Translations under genes and position numbers: made by a program | Assembly: GCA_965205615.1 (NCBI GenBank) | Contig: CBDBHK010000035.1 | Span: forward strand, 17,495 to 81,494 | DNA: 64,000 nucleotides | Reading direction: 5' to 3' | Origin: Acidobacteriota bacterium | GTDB taxonomy: Bacteria > Acidobacteriota > UBA6911 > RPQK01 > CBDAPI01 | Part shown: positions 10,041 through 19,819 of the stretch, in pieces | Layout: each line of letters starts with the position of its first letter | How positions within the stretch are numbered: position 1 is the stretch's first letter | Notes under the pieces: model-generated | What the model was told of the DNA's origin: nothing | The model's database searches: none | What the model saw: the letters and a program-made list of their open reading frames with translations, nothing else

Positions 10041-11510
10041 ATGAGGCGTGACTGTGAGCAGGTTGCTCATCCCGCCGGGAAGGATCGATTGCGAAGAAGC
10101 GTGTTGCCGATTGCCGTGATGTTGAGCATCGCTCCTCTCGAGGCACAGCCAGACAGCGGTCCGAGTCAGTGGCCGATGCTGGGGGGAACATCTGATCGGA
10201 AGATGGTTTCTCTGATCCAGGACCTGCCGACAAGCTGGGACCCGGAGTCTGGTGAAAACGTCGCCTGGGTCGCTGCCCTCGGCTCCCAGACCTACTCCTC
10301 TCCGGTGGTGGCAGGCGGCAAGGTCTTCATTGGCACCAACAATGATTTTCATCGCAACCCTGCCCGTAAAGGCGACATGGGTGTCCTCATGGTTTTCCGG
10401 GAGACCGACGGGAAATTTCTGTGGCAGGCGCTCTCCGAAAAGCTCGCGACCGGCAGCGCGCAGGACTGGCCGGGCGTTGGAATCTGCTCGACGCCGCTGG
10501 TGGTTGGCGATCGCGTCTACTACGTCAGCAATCGTGATGAACTGGTGGCGCTGGACACGGAAGGATTCATGGACCAGGAGGATGACGGACCTCGGCGAGG
10601 CGAGTCTGTGGAGCCCGGGAAGGCGGACCAGGTCTGGATTCTCGATCTCATCGAAGAGCTCGGTGTCTCCCCCCACCATGCCTCGAACTCGTCTCCTGCC
10701 TTCCGGGGCGATCTTCTTTTCGTGGGGACCTCAAACGGCCGCAGCGAAGATCACTCCCAGGTCCCTGCTCCCCAGGCCCCGACTCTGATTGCCGTCAATC
10801 GCAAATCTGGAAAAGTTGTGTGGTCGGACAACTCACCCGGTGCCGGGATCCTCGACGGTCAGTGGACTTCGCCGACCGTAGCCGTCATTGGAGGAGTGGA
10901 TCAGGTGATTCTGGGTCAGGGTGACGGTTGGCTTCGCTCCTTCGCGGCTCAAACAGGGAGGCCCCTGTGGAGATTCGACACCAACTCGAAGGATGCCACC
11001 TACCCCGAGACTCGCAACAGTATCCTGGCCACACCGGGTGTCTGGAACAACTTCGTCTACGTTGCCAACGGACAGGACCCCGAGAACGGAGAGGGTAAGG
11101 GTCATCTTTACTGCATCGACGCGACGAAACGCGGGGACATAACTGAACGCGGTCTGGTCTGGCGCTACTCTGCGATCCGGCGCTCCGTCTCCAGCCCGGT
11201 CGTGCACGGCGGGCTCGTCTACTATCCCGACTTCAGCGGCTTTCTGCATTGTCTTGACGCGGCTTCGGGAAAGCCCTACTGGGTTCACGATACTTTCGCG
11301 GCAGTGTGGGGATCCCCCACCATCGCTGACTCCAAACTCTACCTGGGAGATGAGGACGGGGACGTTGTGGTGCTGGCCCTGGGGAGGGAAGAGAGAGTCC
11401 TGGCCGAAAACAACCTCGGTTCTTCCGTTTATTCGACGCCGGGTCCAGCCAACCAGACCCTCTTTATTGCAACCCGCGACAAACTTTTCGCTCTTTCCCT
11501 GACGAAATGA
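10041..11510 (+). CDS. secreted PQQ-like beta-propeller repeat protein
   Basis: Signal-like N-terminus. Repeated motifs SSPVVAGGKVFIG, STPLVVGDRVYYVS, SSPVVHGGLVYYPD and GSPTIADSKLYLGD are typical of PQQ/BamB-like propellers. Confidence 0.75.
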   Translation: MRRDCEQVAHPAGKDRLRRSVLPIAVMLSIAPLEAQPDSGPSQWPMLGGTSDRKMVSLIQDLPTSWDPESGENVAWVAALGSQTYSSPVVAGGKVFIGTNNDFHRNPARKGDMGVLMVFRETDGKFLWQALSEKLATGSAQDWPGVGICSTPLVVGDRVYYVSNRDELVALDTEGFMDQEDDGPRRGESVEPGKADQVWILDLIEELGVSPHHASNSSPAFRGDLLFVGTSNGRSEDHSQVPAPQAPTLIAVNRKSGKVVWSDNSPGAGILDGQWTSPTVAVIGGVDQVILGQGDGWLRSFAAQTGRPLWRFDTNSKDATYPETRNSILATPGVWNNFVYVANGQDPENGEGKGHLYCIDATKRGDITERGLVWRYSAIRRSVSSPVVHGGLVYYPDFSGFLHCLDAASGKPYWVHDTFAAVWGSPTIADSKLYLGDEDGDVVVLALGREERVLAENNLGSSVYSTPGPANQTLFIATRDKLFALSLTK

Positions 11511-13324
11511 TGGAAGAGCTGATGCAGGACAGACCGTTCCAGGATCTTCGAAGCTTTCTCACCTTTCTGCGCAGTGAAGGAGAACTGGCCACCGTCGAGG
11601 CCCAGGTCGACCCGGCTGAGGAAGTGGCTGAGATCCACCGGCGGGTGATCGCCGCCGAGGGTCCGGCGCTCCTCTTCACGAATCTGAAGGATTCATCGTT
11701 TCCGGTGTTGACGAATCTCTTCGGAACCCGCCGCAGGGCCGAGGCCGCCTTCGGAAAAAGGCCGTTTCGTTTCATCCAGCGCCTGGTCTCTCTGGTCCAG
11801 GACTTTCCTCCCGGCGCCGGTGCGCTCTGGGAGAATCGGGAGCTGGCTCTGGCCTCGCTGCGCCTGGGTACCAGCAAGCGTGGATCAGGGCCGATTACTG
11901 AGGTGATAGACTCTCAACCGGATCTGGGCCGGCTTCCGGTTCTGACCTGCTGGCCCGACGACGGCGGTCCCTTCCTGACCCTGCCTCTCGTCTATACAAC
12001 CAGCCCCGGCGCGGGCGGCGCCAATCTTGGTATCTACAGGATGCAGGTCCACGGGCCCGTTGAAGCGGGAATGCACTGGCAGATCGGAAAAGGCGGGGGC
12101 TTCCACTACAAGCTGGCGGAGTCCATGAATCAGCCGCTTCCGGTCACCGTCTTCCTGGGAGGTCCTCCGTGCCTGATTCTCGCCGCCGTCGCGCCCCTTC
12201 CCGAGAACGTTCCGGAAATGTTGCTGGCCTCTCTGATTCTGGGAAAAAAACTCCAGGTGGTCACGGATATAGGGCCTCACCCGGTCCCGGCAAGCTGCGA
12301 GTTTGCCCTGCTGGGACAGGTTCGTCCCGGCAAGAGAAAGCCTGAAGGGCCTTTCGGGGACCACTACGGCTACTATTCTCTGGTGCATGACTATCCGGTC
12401 TTCGAGCTCAAGCAGCTGTGGAGACGCAAAGACGCCATTTACCCGGCCACGGTTGTGGGCAAGCCCCGACAGGAAGACTTTTACATCGGCGATCTACTCC
12501 AGGAGCTGTTGAAACCCATCTTCCCTCTGGTGATGCCCGGGGTTTTGGATATATGGGCCTACGGCGAGACCGGTTACCACTCTCTGGCAGCGGCAGTGGT
12601 GCGGGAGCGGTACCGCCGCGAGGCCATGGCGAGCGCCTTCCGAATACTGGGTGAGGGTCAACTCTCCCTGACCAAATTCCTGCTGGTCACCGATCAGCCG
12701 GTGGACCTCAAGATGTTTAGAACCACTCTCACTCACATTCTGGAAAGAACCAACCCCGAGACCGACTTGTACGTTCTCTCCAATCTGTCGATGGACACGC
12801 TGGACTACACGGGTCCCCGTATCAACGAGGGCTCGAAGGGGGTGTGGCTGGGCCTGGGAGACCCCAAAAGGTCGCTCCCGCGTGAGTTCAGTGCTTCTGA
12901 GATTCCAGCCGGCGTGGAAAACGTGATCGTCTTTTCTCCGGGCTGTCTGGTGGTGGGCGGGACGCCGTGGGAGGAGGACCGGAAAATGGCTCTCCGCCTG
13001 GCAGAGCATCCGGCATTCTCCGACTGGCCCTTGATCGTTCTCAGCAGTGAACCGGAGCGCGCGGCCGCCAGTGATATCAACTTTCTATGGACGACCTTCA
13101 CGCGTTTCGAGCCGGCAGCCGATCTCTACGCCCGAAAGGCCTCCGTTGTGCGTCATCATGTGTCTTATCAATTTCCCATCGTCATCGACGCCCGGATGAA
13201 GCCCCCCTATCCGGAGGAGCTCACCTGTGCGCCCGGCGTGTCCCGGCAGGTGACCACCCGCTGGAAGGAATACTTTCCGCAGGGTGTCGAGATGGGCGAC
13301 TCTGAACAGGCCCATCTGGATTAG
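11507..13324 (+). CDS. UbiD-family (prenyl-FMN dependent) decarboxylase
   Basis: N-terminus FQDLRSFLTFLRSEGELATVEAQVDP...GPALLFTNLKDSSFPVLTNLFGTRRR is typical of UbiD. The ATG overlaps the upstream stop (ATGA at 11507-11510). Confidence 0.8.
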   Translation: MMEELMQDRPFQDLRSFLTFLRSEGELATVEAQVDPAEEVAEIHRRVIAAEGPALLFTNLKDSSFPVLTNLFGTRRRAEAAFGKRPFRFIQRLVSLVQDFPPGAGALWENRELALASLRLGTSKRGSGPITEVIDSQPDLGRLPVLTCWPDDGGPFLTLPLVYTTSPGAGGANLGIYRMQVHGPVEAGMHWQIGKGGGFHYKLAESMNQPLPVTVFLGGPPCLILAAVAPLPENVPEMLLASLILGKKLQVVTDIGPHPVPASCEFALLGQVRPGKRKPEGPFGDHYGYYSLVHDYPVFELKQLWRRKDAIYPATVVGKPRQEDFYIGDLLQELLKPIFPLVMPGVLDIWAYGETGYHSLAAAVVRERYRREAMASAFRILGEGQLSLTKFLLVTDQPVDLKMFRTTLTHILERTNPETDLYVLSNLSMDTLDYTGPRINEGSKGVWLGLGDPKRSLPREFSASEIPAGVENVIVFSPGCLVVGGTPWEEDRKMALRLAEHPAFSDWPLIVLSSEPERAAASDINFLWTTFTRFEPAADLYARKASVVRHHVSYQFPIVIDARMKPPYPEELTCAPGVSRQVTTRWKEYFPQGVEMGDSEQAHLD

Positions 13325-13345
13325 GATGTACTGGTTGATAAGCGC

Positions 13346-13476
13346 CTAAATCCACGCGCTTAAATCCACGCGCCTGAATCCACGCGCTTACTTCGTGCGC
13401 GCTACCGTGCGTGCGCGCTACCGTGCTTCATGGGCGCTAACTGCAGCGTCAGTAGCGCGCGTGCAACAAGCGCGTG
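13346..13476. repeat. compound REP-like intergenic repeat cluster
   Basis: There are 3 tandem 14-mers (yTrAATCCACGCGC, 13346-13387) and 2 tandem 16-mers (GTGCGCGCTACCGTGC, 13395-13426). A unit CACGCGCTT-N7-GCGCGCTAC at 13381-13405 recurs inverted at 13451-13476. Related copies are at 24591-24616 and 56311-56338. Confidence 0.85.
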
Positions 13477-13527
13477 GGGACAAGTTGGGGCCATCAGACT
13501 TCTCAACGATGACCACCACGGTGCCCA

Positions 13528-15639
13528 TTAGACCATCTCGATGGAGAAAATCATGACGCCCAGTTGTCGAGGGGGGCTGCCGTGCTCTTCCATAAACGTG
13601 GGGTCGCACTCGATCTCGACCTTCCAGATGTCCGGGCCCCCGGTCTGGAAGGGAACCAGATAGAGGAGACGGAACTCGGAGCCCCCGGCAACCGTTCTGG
13701 TTCCGACCAGGAGATCGTTGACGAGCACCTTCAGACGGGTTGCGGTGGGAGCGTAACCGTGAACCTTGACCAGTGTCGGCACAGCATCAGTCTGAAGAAA
13801 GGCAATCGCCCTGTCGGAAGTCCAGCGAAACCCCTCCCGGTCTCTTTCGTGCCAGTACCAGCCCGGGCCCAGTTGCGGATTGTGGAGTCCAGTCCCGAAG
13901 TCAATCCTGGACCCGAAATCCGAGACTCCGGTAGAGGAGGGCTGGCTCTGTTCGTATCGCCACACCTTCGGGCGTTTGAGCCGAAGCTTTTTCTTCATGT
14001 CGCGGTGGACCAGGACGCCCCAGAATTCCGCATGCGGGTACCAGCCCAGCCCGCAATAGGACAGGAGGCCACGCAGTGGAAAGTTGCGCAGATAGTCGGC
14101 ACGATCCGCGCCGCAGGGGAGCTGATGAAGGAACTCGAGGCCGCTTTCTCCCAGGCACCGGCGCAACGCGGCCGGAGTCAGACTGGTGATTTCTGAAAAG
14201 CTCGTGTGTTCTTTCAGAAACCCCGGGTTAAAGCGCTGGATGTAGAGGCGGCCCAGCCACCCCGGAAGATACTGAGGAAAATAGAGATTCGTGTGGCCCT
14301 CATACGGGTAGAGGCGATTGGGCGTGGAGAGAAAGACCATCCCCACCGGGCTGATGACACGCCTCAGTTCCTTGAGAAATGCGATCTGTTCGGGCCGCCC
14401 CCCCTGGACATGCTCCAGGACATCCAGTGCGAAAACGTAGTCAAAGCTCTGATCGGGAAAAGGAAGGGCCGCCCCCCCGGCCTCCACGAAATAGGACTGT
14501 TTCTCCGGCTGAGCCAGGCTGATGACATGCCTTGTAGGGTCGACCCCGACGTAGTAACGGCAGCGCCCCTTCAAGACTCCGGCCATATCTCCCGTCCCGC
14601 ATCCGAGGTCCAGGACGCGCCCGCCTTTGAGGTCGATCAGGGCCAACGAAAGGAAGAGCTCGAGCATACGGGAAGCGCGCTCAACACCGGTCGCCCAGAA
14701 CTCGACCCAGCGATTTACCGAGTCGTGATCGTCCGGCCCGAAGATCGCGCCTGCCACCCCGCGAAGCCTTTCCAGGTCTCTCGCTTCACGAACATCCCTT
14801 GTGGGCGGCCTCTCCGAAGCCGCGTCAGGTTCCTGGTCTGGAAACCAGAAGTTGGCCTCCCCGCATTGTGGACAGTTGTAGACCCTCCAGAAGAGAAAAC
14901 GTCTGGTCGACAGCAAGCTCGAAGCTCGGGATGCGCCACACCCGAAACAGACATTGATGTGCGCCGGAAGACGGTTAGAGCCTCGCGCATCAGATCCCTG
15001 GCCCAGCCGAAAAGCCCAGCCGTACAGGCTTACGCGCGTGCCCAATCGCCGATCCAGGATCCTGGCCGCCAGGTTCATCCAGCGAATCATGCGGCGCAAG
15101 GCCGGTGGGGGAACCCAGCCCAGAAAGCGAGCGGGAACAGGGTAGTGACGAAACCGGGTGGGGTCGGGAGGCTGCAGGAACACAAAGCCGGTGTGTAAGG
15201 GGCGAGTCTCCAGCTCCTGCAGGTCCGCGGTCTCGGCGGCGCGTTGCAAAAAGCTGCTGCGGCTAAAGTGATTGACATGCCCGCCGCCGGCGAAAAGACG
15301 CCGGTAAAGCCGATCATCGAGCGACGAGGCGTCGGGAAGGGACGCCCACAGGGAGCCGTCCGCCTTGAGAACTCGCTTGATTTCCCGAAGACTCTCGTCC
15401 AGCTCCTCGAAGTGCTCCAGGGTGTTGTTGCAGATCACGAGATCGATGCAACCGTCCGGCAGCGGGATGGCTGCGGCGCTGGCGATGACTCGAAGTTCCG
15501 TCTGCTCGCTATTCCGGGGCAGGGCCAGATCCAGCGCCACCACGCGGGCCCAGGTCCGGGCGTACTGGAAGCTGCCTCCCCCGGCTCCAAGGTCCAGGAC
15601 GAGCTGACTCTCATCAAATGTGTCGAGAAGCTCTTTCAT
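13528..15639 (-). CDS. fusion protein with two class I SAM-dependent methyltransferase domains, an internal zinc ribbon and a C-terminal uncharacterised domain
   Basis: Motif I occurs twice (VLDLGAGGGSF at the N-terminus; VLDLGCGTGDMAG mid-protein). Each is followed by a Methyltransf_11-like motif (DLVICNNTLEHF / DYVFALDVLEHV). CFGCG...CPQCG lies between them. The last ~130 aa contain GWYWHERDREGFRWT. Confidence 0.75.
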   Translation of the reverse strand: MKELLDTFDESQLVLDLGAGGGSFQYARTWARVVALDLALPRNSEQTELRVIASAAAIPLPDGCIDLVICNNTLEHFEELDESLREIKRVLKADGSLWASLPDASSLDDRLYRRLFAGGGHVNHFSRSSFLQRAAETADLQELETRPLHTGFVFLQPPDPTRFRHYPVPARFLGWVPPPALRRMIRWMNLAARILDRRLGTRVSLYGWAFRLGQGSDARGSNRLPAHINVCFGCGASRASSLLSTRRFLFWRVYNCPQCGEANFWFPDQEPDAASERPPTRDVREARDLERLRGVAGAIFGPDDHDSVNRWVEFWATGVERASRMLELFLSLALIDLKGGRVLDLGCGTGDMAGVLKGRCRYYVGVDPTRHVISLAQPEKQSYFVEAGGAALPFPDQSFDYVFALDVLEHVQGGRPEQIAFLKELRRVISPVGMVFLSTPNRLYPYEGHTNLYFPQYLPGWLGRLYIQRFNPGFLKEHTSFSEITSLTPAALRRCLGESGLEFLHQLPCGADRADYLRNFPLRGLLSYCGLGWYPHAEFWGVLVHRDMKKKLRLKRPKVWRYEQSQPSSTGVSDFGSRIDFGTGLHNPQLGPGWYWHERDREGFRWTSDRAIAFLQTDAVPTLVKVHGYAPTATRLKVLVNDLLVGTRTVAGGSEFRLLYLVPFQTGGPDIWKVEIECDPTFMEEHGSPPRQLGVMIFSIEMV

Positions 15640-15693
15640 ATGAAGGCGGTGACGGTCTGGAGGCCGCCGCGAGGAGCTTCATCGGGCTGGCCG

Positions 15694-16542
15694 CTACTCT
15701 TCCACTTCGGCGCGTCGGATGTAGTCGAGGTTGGGAAAGTCTCTCTTCAGATAGGCGTTCCCCTCCTGCGTGATCTGACCCTGAGACGGGCCCCTGCCCT
15801 GAGGTGCACCCTCCCCGTAGCCCGAATGAAGAGAATCCACTACGTCCATGCCTTCGACCACTCTCCCAAAGGGAGAGAATCCCATCTCGTCCAGCCGAAA
15901 ATTGTCCTTGAAGTTGATAAAGCACTGGACAGATCTGGTGTTGGGTTGGCCTGACTTGGCAAAGACAATCGTGCCCCGCTGATTGCGCTGCTTGACCTCA
16001 TCGTCCTGGATGGTGGCTCCCCTCCAGGCCCGGTTGACCTTGGGGTCACCGTGGAGTCCGAATTGGGCCACGAAGCCGTCGAGGACCCGGAAAAAAACGA
16101 CGTCTTTGAAATAACCGGATTTAGCCAGATTGTAGAAGCGATCGGCACCCCGGGGAGACCAGAAACGCAAGACCTCGATAACGAAATCCCCGTTAGTGGT
16201 CTTGAACTTGACCTTGAATTCATCGGGCGCCCGAGCCGTCAGGCTCGAGGGGTCCAACAGATTCCCGGCAGTGGATGGAGTCTTTTTTTCATCTTTCATT
16301 TGCGAGGCTCTCACGGGAGGCTGGCGAGGCTTGTCAGTAGCCGGAGCGGTGTCCCCGGCATCTTCATCACCACGGGTTTTGACTGGCCCGCTGGCTTTGG
16401 CCGGCGGAGTGGCCACATCGGCGGGCCGGTCCTTGTCTGGAGACTCTTCCAGCGCAGCATCTCCAGGCTCGGCCTGGTCTGAGCCGCAGGCGGCCAGGAT
16501 GAGGGGCACAGACAGTAAGATAAAAAGAATGATGCATTTCAT
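15694..16542 (-). CDS. cyclophilin-type peptidyl-prolyl cis-trans isomerase lipoprotein
   Basis: Lipobox LILAACGS, a low-complexity linker, then the cyclophilin core FFRVLDGFVAQFGLHGDP...GTIVFAKSG... Confidence 0.85.
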   Translation of the reverse strand: MKCIILFILLSVPLILAACGSDQAEPGDAALEESPDKDRPADVATPPAKASGPVKTRGDEDAGDTAPATDKPRQPPVRASQMKDEKKTPSTAGNLLDPSSLTARAPDEFKVKFKTTNGDFVIEVLRFWSPRGADRFYNLAKSGYFKDVVFFRVLDGFVAQFGLHGDPKVNRAWRGATIQDDEVKQRNQRGTIVFAKSGQPNTRSVQCFINFKDNFRLDEMGFSPFGRVVEGMDVVDSLHSGYGEGAPQGRGPSQGQITQEGNAYLKRDFPNLDYIRRAEVEE

Positions 16543-16627
16543 GTATCGGATGATTCCATTTGAGTGCCGCTATTTCAAGCCTGTTTTCGCCCGGGAGAGG
16601 GAATTGGATGCGCCGTTCGTCCTGGAT

Positions 16628-19600
16628 CTAAGACGGGTCCCTGGCAGCGCCTGCCAGGGGGGGAGCATCGGACTCGTCACCCGTCGGCCTTTGAAAAAGC
16701 CCGATGAAGTCTTCCAGAATCAGGTATGCCGAGGGCAGGAACAGAAGTGCTATGACGGTGGCGAAGAGAACTCCGAAGGCAAGAGAAACCGCCATCGGAA
16801 TCAGGAACTGTGCCTGGATGCTCCTTTCCAGCAAGAGGGGCGTCAACCCCAGGAAAGTGGTGATCGAAGTCAGGAGAATGGCGCGAAAGCGGGCTCGACC
16901 GGCCCGCCGCACCGCCTGCACGACAGCAAGACCCTCGCGGCGCCCCCGGTTGATGTAATCGACCAGCACCAGACTGTCGTTGACCACGACCCCGGCCAGA
17001 GCGACGATGCCGTACATGGAGATGATGGTCAGGTCAATTCTCAGGAGCAGATGCCCCAGGGTGGCACCGACCAGGCCAAACGGAATCAAAGACATAATGA
17101 CAAGGGGCTGCAGGTAGGATCGGAGCGGCACCGCCAACAAGGTGAAAATGGCCAGAAGGGCAATCGTGAAGCCCTTGAAGAGTCCATCCAGAGTGTCTCG
17201 CTGGTTTCGCTGCTGGCCTTCAAACGAGAAGTTAAGACCAGGGTAACTGCGGGCCAGCGCGGGAAGAAAGGAGAGATCCAGGTCCGCTATGATTTCGTTG
17301 GCGTTGGACTGGGTTTCATCCACATCCGCCGTGACGCTCACGGCCCGGTTTCGGTCTACACGCCGAATCTCTGCAGGCCCCCTTCCCATACTCAGGTGGG
17401 CGACCAGTGAGAAAGGCACCTCATCTCCCTGGGGGGTGCGGATCCGCATCTTCTCGAGATCGGAAAGGGACCGTCGCTGAGCCGCAGGATAGCGAACCAT
17501 GACCTTCACCTCGTCCCGGCCCCTCTGAATGCGCTGTGCCTCTGCTCCATAAAAGGCCTGGCGTACCTGACGAGAAAGGTCCGCCAGAGTTAGTCCCAGC
17601 GTTTCGGCAGCGGGGAGGATAGAGAGCTTGACCTCCCGCTTCCCGGGCAGCAGAGAATCGGAGATCTCATGGACCCCGGCATAATGTCCGAGGTACTGTT
17701 TTAATTCTTCGCCAGCCTTCTCCAGATCTCCCAGATTCCGACTTGTGAGTTGGACGTTGATGTCTTCGCCGGAATTGATCAAAGAAGTCGAAAAAGTCAG
17801 TTCCACAGCATCGGGAATGGGAGGCGTCAGTTCGCGCCAGCGGTTGCCGATCTGGAGACTGGAAGCCGTGCGCTGCTCGGACGAGACGAGTTGGATGTTA
17901 ATCTCACCCAGATGAGATCCGGAGAAAGTTTCGCCCTGGGCGGGACTTCCGGGGCGAAACTGAGAGGCAAGGAAAGGATGTTCTCCGATTGAGGTCAGAG
18001 TATGCTCGAAAACGGGAGCGCCGTCTCCTTCCACCTCGGCGCGAACCAGGCGCGCCGATCTTTCGAGGCTCTTCAGCGCTCGATCTGTGACCTCGGGAGG
18101 AGTCCCCTGAGGCATGGTCAGCAGTGCCACCACGTTGTCCGCTTCGACGTCGGGAAGGTAGCGAAACTTGATCCAGCCACCGAACCAGATCCCCAACGAC
18201 AAGAGAAGCGTGAAAATGCCCAGCGCCACCGTCAGATATCGCCACTCCAGAGACCGGTCGAGTAATCGGCCATAGGGATTATGAATGATCCACCTCAAAC
18301 CGCGTGCAAAGGTGGATTGGAACCGGTCCCAGGTTCTCCCTGCAGCCGTTCTGGGATTCTGGCGAAGGTGGGAAAGATGGGCAGGGAGGATAAACAGGCA
18401 TTCGATCAGCGAAAAGATCAGAGTGGGGATGACCACGAGCGGGATCACCCGAAACATCTGGCCCGACGTGCCTCCCAGGACCAGTAACGGCGAGAAGGCT
18501 GCCACACTGGTCAGTACGCCGAAGGTCACGGGTACCAGGACTTCCTGGGTCCCCCGGATTGCGGCCTCCAGACCCGGCTCTCCCGCCTCGTAGTGCCGAT
18601 AGACGTTCTCACCTACGATGATGGCGTCATCGACCACGATGCCCAGCACAACAATAAAGGCAAACAGAGAAAGAAGATTGATGGAAACCCCTAAATGGGG
18701 CATGAGGATGATGGCGCCCAGGAACGATATCGGGATTCCCAGGGAGGCCCACAGAGCCAGCCCGAGCCTCAAGAAGAGAGTCAGTGCAATCACCACGAGG
18801 ACGAACCCTGTCCGGGCGTTGCGGGTGAGAAGTTCCAGCCGGCTCTTGAGGACTTGCGATCTGTCGCTCCAGGTCGTCAGGCTGATGCCGTGGGGAAGTT
18901 GCTTCCGCGCGTCCTCTACATAGCTTTTCACGGCTTCGGCGACGTCGATCGCGCTCTGGGCACCTACACGAAACACTGTAATGAGTACCGCCGGATCGCC
19001 GTCAAAGCGGACCGCCTGGTCGGTCTCGGCAAAGCCGTCTACCACGGTGGCCACATCGCCAAGGAGAATCCGGGTCCCGTCCGGGTGGCTGACAAGCACG
19101 AGGTCTTCGAAGTCCCGTCCCACGTAGGCCTGCCCCTTGCCTCGCAACAGAATTTCCCCTCCAACGGTACGTACCGAGCCACCAGGAAGGTCTAGGGAAC
19201 TCCGGCGTACCGCAATAGCGACCATTTCGAACGAGAGACCGTACCGGCGCAGCGCTGTCTCTGAAACTTCAACCGAAACCTCGTAGGGTCGCGCACTAGC
19301 AAGATCGACCTGTGTGATCGCGGGAAGGGCAGCCAGCTCGTCACGAACGCGCTCGCCGATCTTCTTGAGAGTCTTTTCATCCGCGGCGCCCGAGACCGCA
19401 ACATTGATGACCTGCCGCTTGACCAGCAGGTGCTGGACAATGGGTTGTTCGGTCTCCCCGGGGAAAGTGTGGATGGCATCGACACGGTTCTTGACATCAT
19501 CCAGGAGCTCCCGGGGCTCAGTCCCCTCCAGAACCTCAATGAGTACTGTACCCATCCCCTCCGCTGCCGTAGAGGTGATCTTCTTGACGCCGGTCAAACC

Positions 19601-19819
19601 GGAAACCGCCTCCTCTATCCGGGCGCAGACCCCTTCTTCAACCTCCTCCGGAGCAGCTCCCAGATAGGGAACGGCAACGCTGATCATTTCCGGATCGAGT
19701 TCCGGCACCACCTCCTCCCGAAGTTCGGGAAGAGCCAGGAATCCGGCTCCCAGGATGACGGCCATCAGAAGATTCGCGGCCACGGAATTCCTGGCGAACC
19801 AGGCAACAGGGCCGGTCAT
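16628..19819 (-). CDS. RND efflux transporter permease (AcrB/CzcA-like)
   Basis: 1063 aa with typical RND N-terminus WFARNSVAANLLMAVILGAG and 12-TM architecture. The start overlaps the MFP stop. Confidence 0.9.
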   Translation of the reverse strand: MTGPVAWFARNSVAANLLMAVILGAGFLALPELREEVVPELDPEMISVAVPYLGAAPEEVEEGVCARIEEAVSGLTGVKKITSTAAEGMGTVLIEVLEGTEPRELLDDVKNRVDAIHTFPGETEQPIVQHLLVKRQVINVAVSGAADEKTLKKIGERVRDELAALPAITQVDLASARPYEVSVEVSETALRRYGLSFEMVAIAVRRSSLDLPGGSVRTVGGEILLRGKGQAYVGRDFEDLVLVSHPDGTRILLGDVATVVDGFAETDQAVRFDGDPAVLITVFRVGAQSAIDVAEAVKSYVEDARKQLPHGISLTTWSDRSQVLKSRLELLTRNARTGFVLVVIALTLFLRLGLALWASLGIPISFLGAIILMPHLGVSINLLSLFAFIVVLGIVVDDAIIVGENVYRHYEAGEPGLEAAIRGTQEVLVPVTFGVLTSVAAFSPLLVLGGTSGQMFRVIPLVVIPTLIFSLIECLFILPAHLSHLRQNPRTAAGRTWDRFQSTFARGLRWIIHNPYGRLLDRSLEWRYLTVALGIFTLLLSLGIWFGGWIKFRYLPDVEADNVVALLTMPQGTPPEVTDRALKSLERSARLVRAEVEGDGAPVFEHTLTSIGEHPFLASQFRPGSPAQGETFSGSHLGEINIQLVSSEQRTASSLQIGNRWRELTPPIPDAVELTFSTSLINSGEDINVQLTSRNLGDLEKAGEELKQYLGHYAGVHEISDSLLPGKREVKLSILPAAETLGLTLADLSRQVRQAFYGAEAQRIQRGRDEVKVMVRYPAAQRRSLSDLEKMRIRTPQGDEVPFSLVAHLSMGRGPAEIRRVDRNRAVSVTADVDETQSNANEIIADLDLSFLPALARSYPGLNFSFEGQQRNQRDTLDGLFKGFTIALLAIFTLLAVPLRSYLQPLVIMSLIPFGLVGATLGHLLLRIDLTIISMYGIVALAGVVVNDSLVLVDYINRGRREGLAVVQAVRRAGRARFRAILLTSITTFLGLTPLLLERSIQAQFLIPMAVSLAFGVLFATVIALLFLPSAYLILEDFIGLFQRPTGDESDAPPLAGAARDPS

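Noticed and set aside
13346-13426. A CRISPR-like array (short tandem repeats)
   Set aside because: The repeats are 14-16 bp and directly abutting, with no spacers. There are no cas genes in the window. The pattern fits a REP/BIME-like element instead.
16196-17410. A 404-aa ORF on the + strand
   Set aside because: It spans the 5' end of the cyclophilin gene, an intergenic region and the 3' end of the RND permease, all in antisense. It is not a plausible gene.
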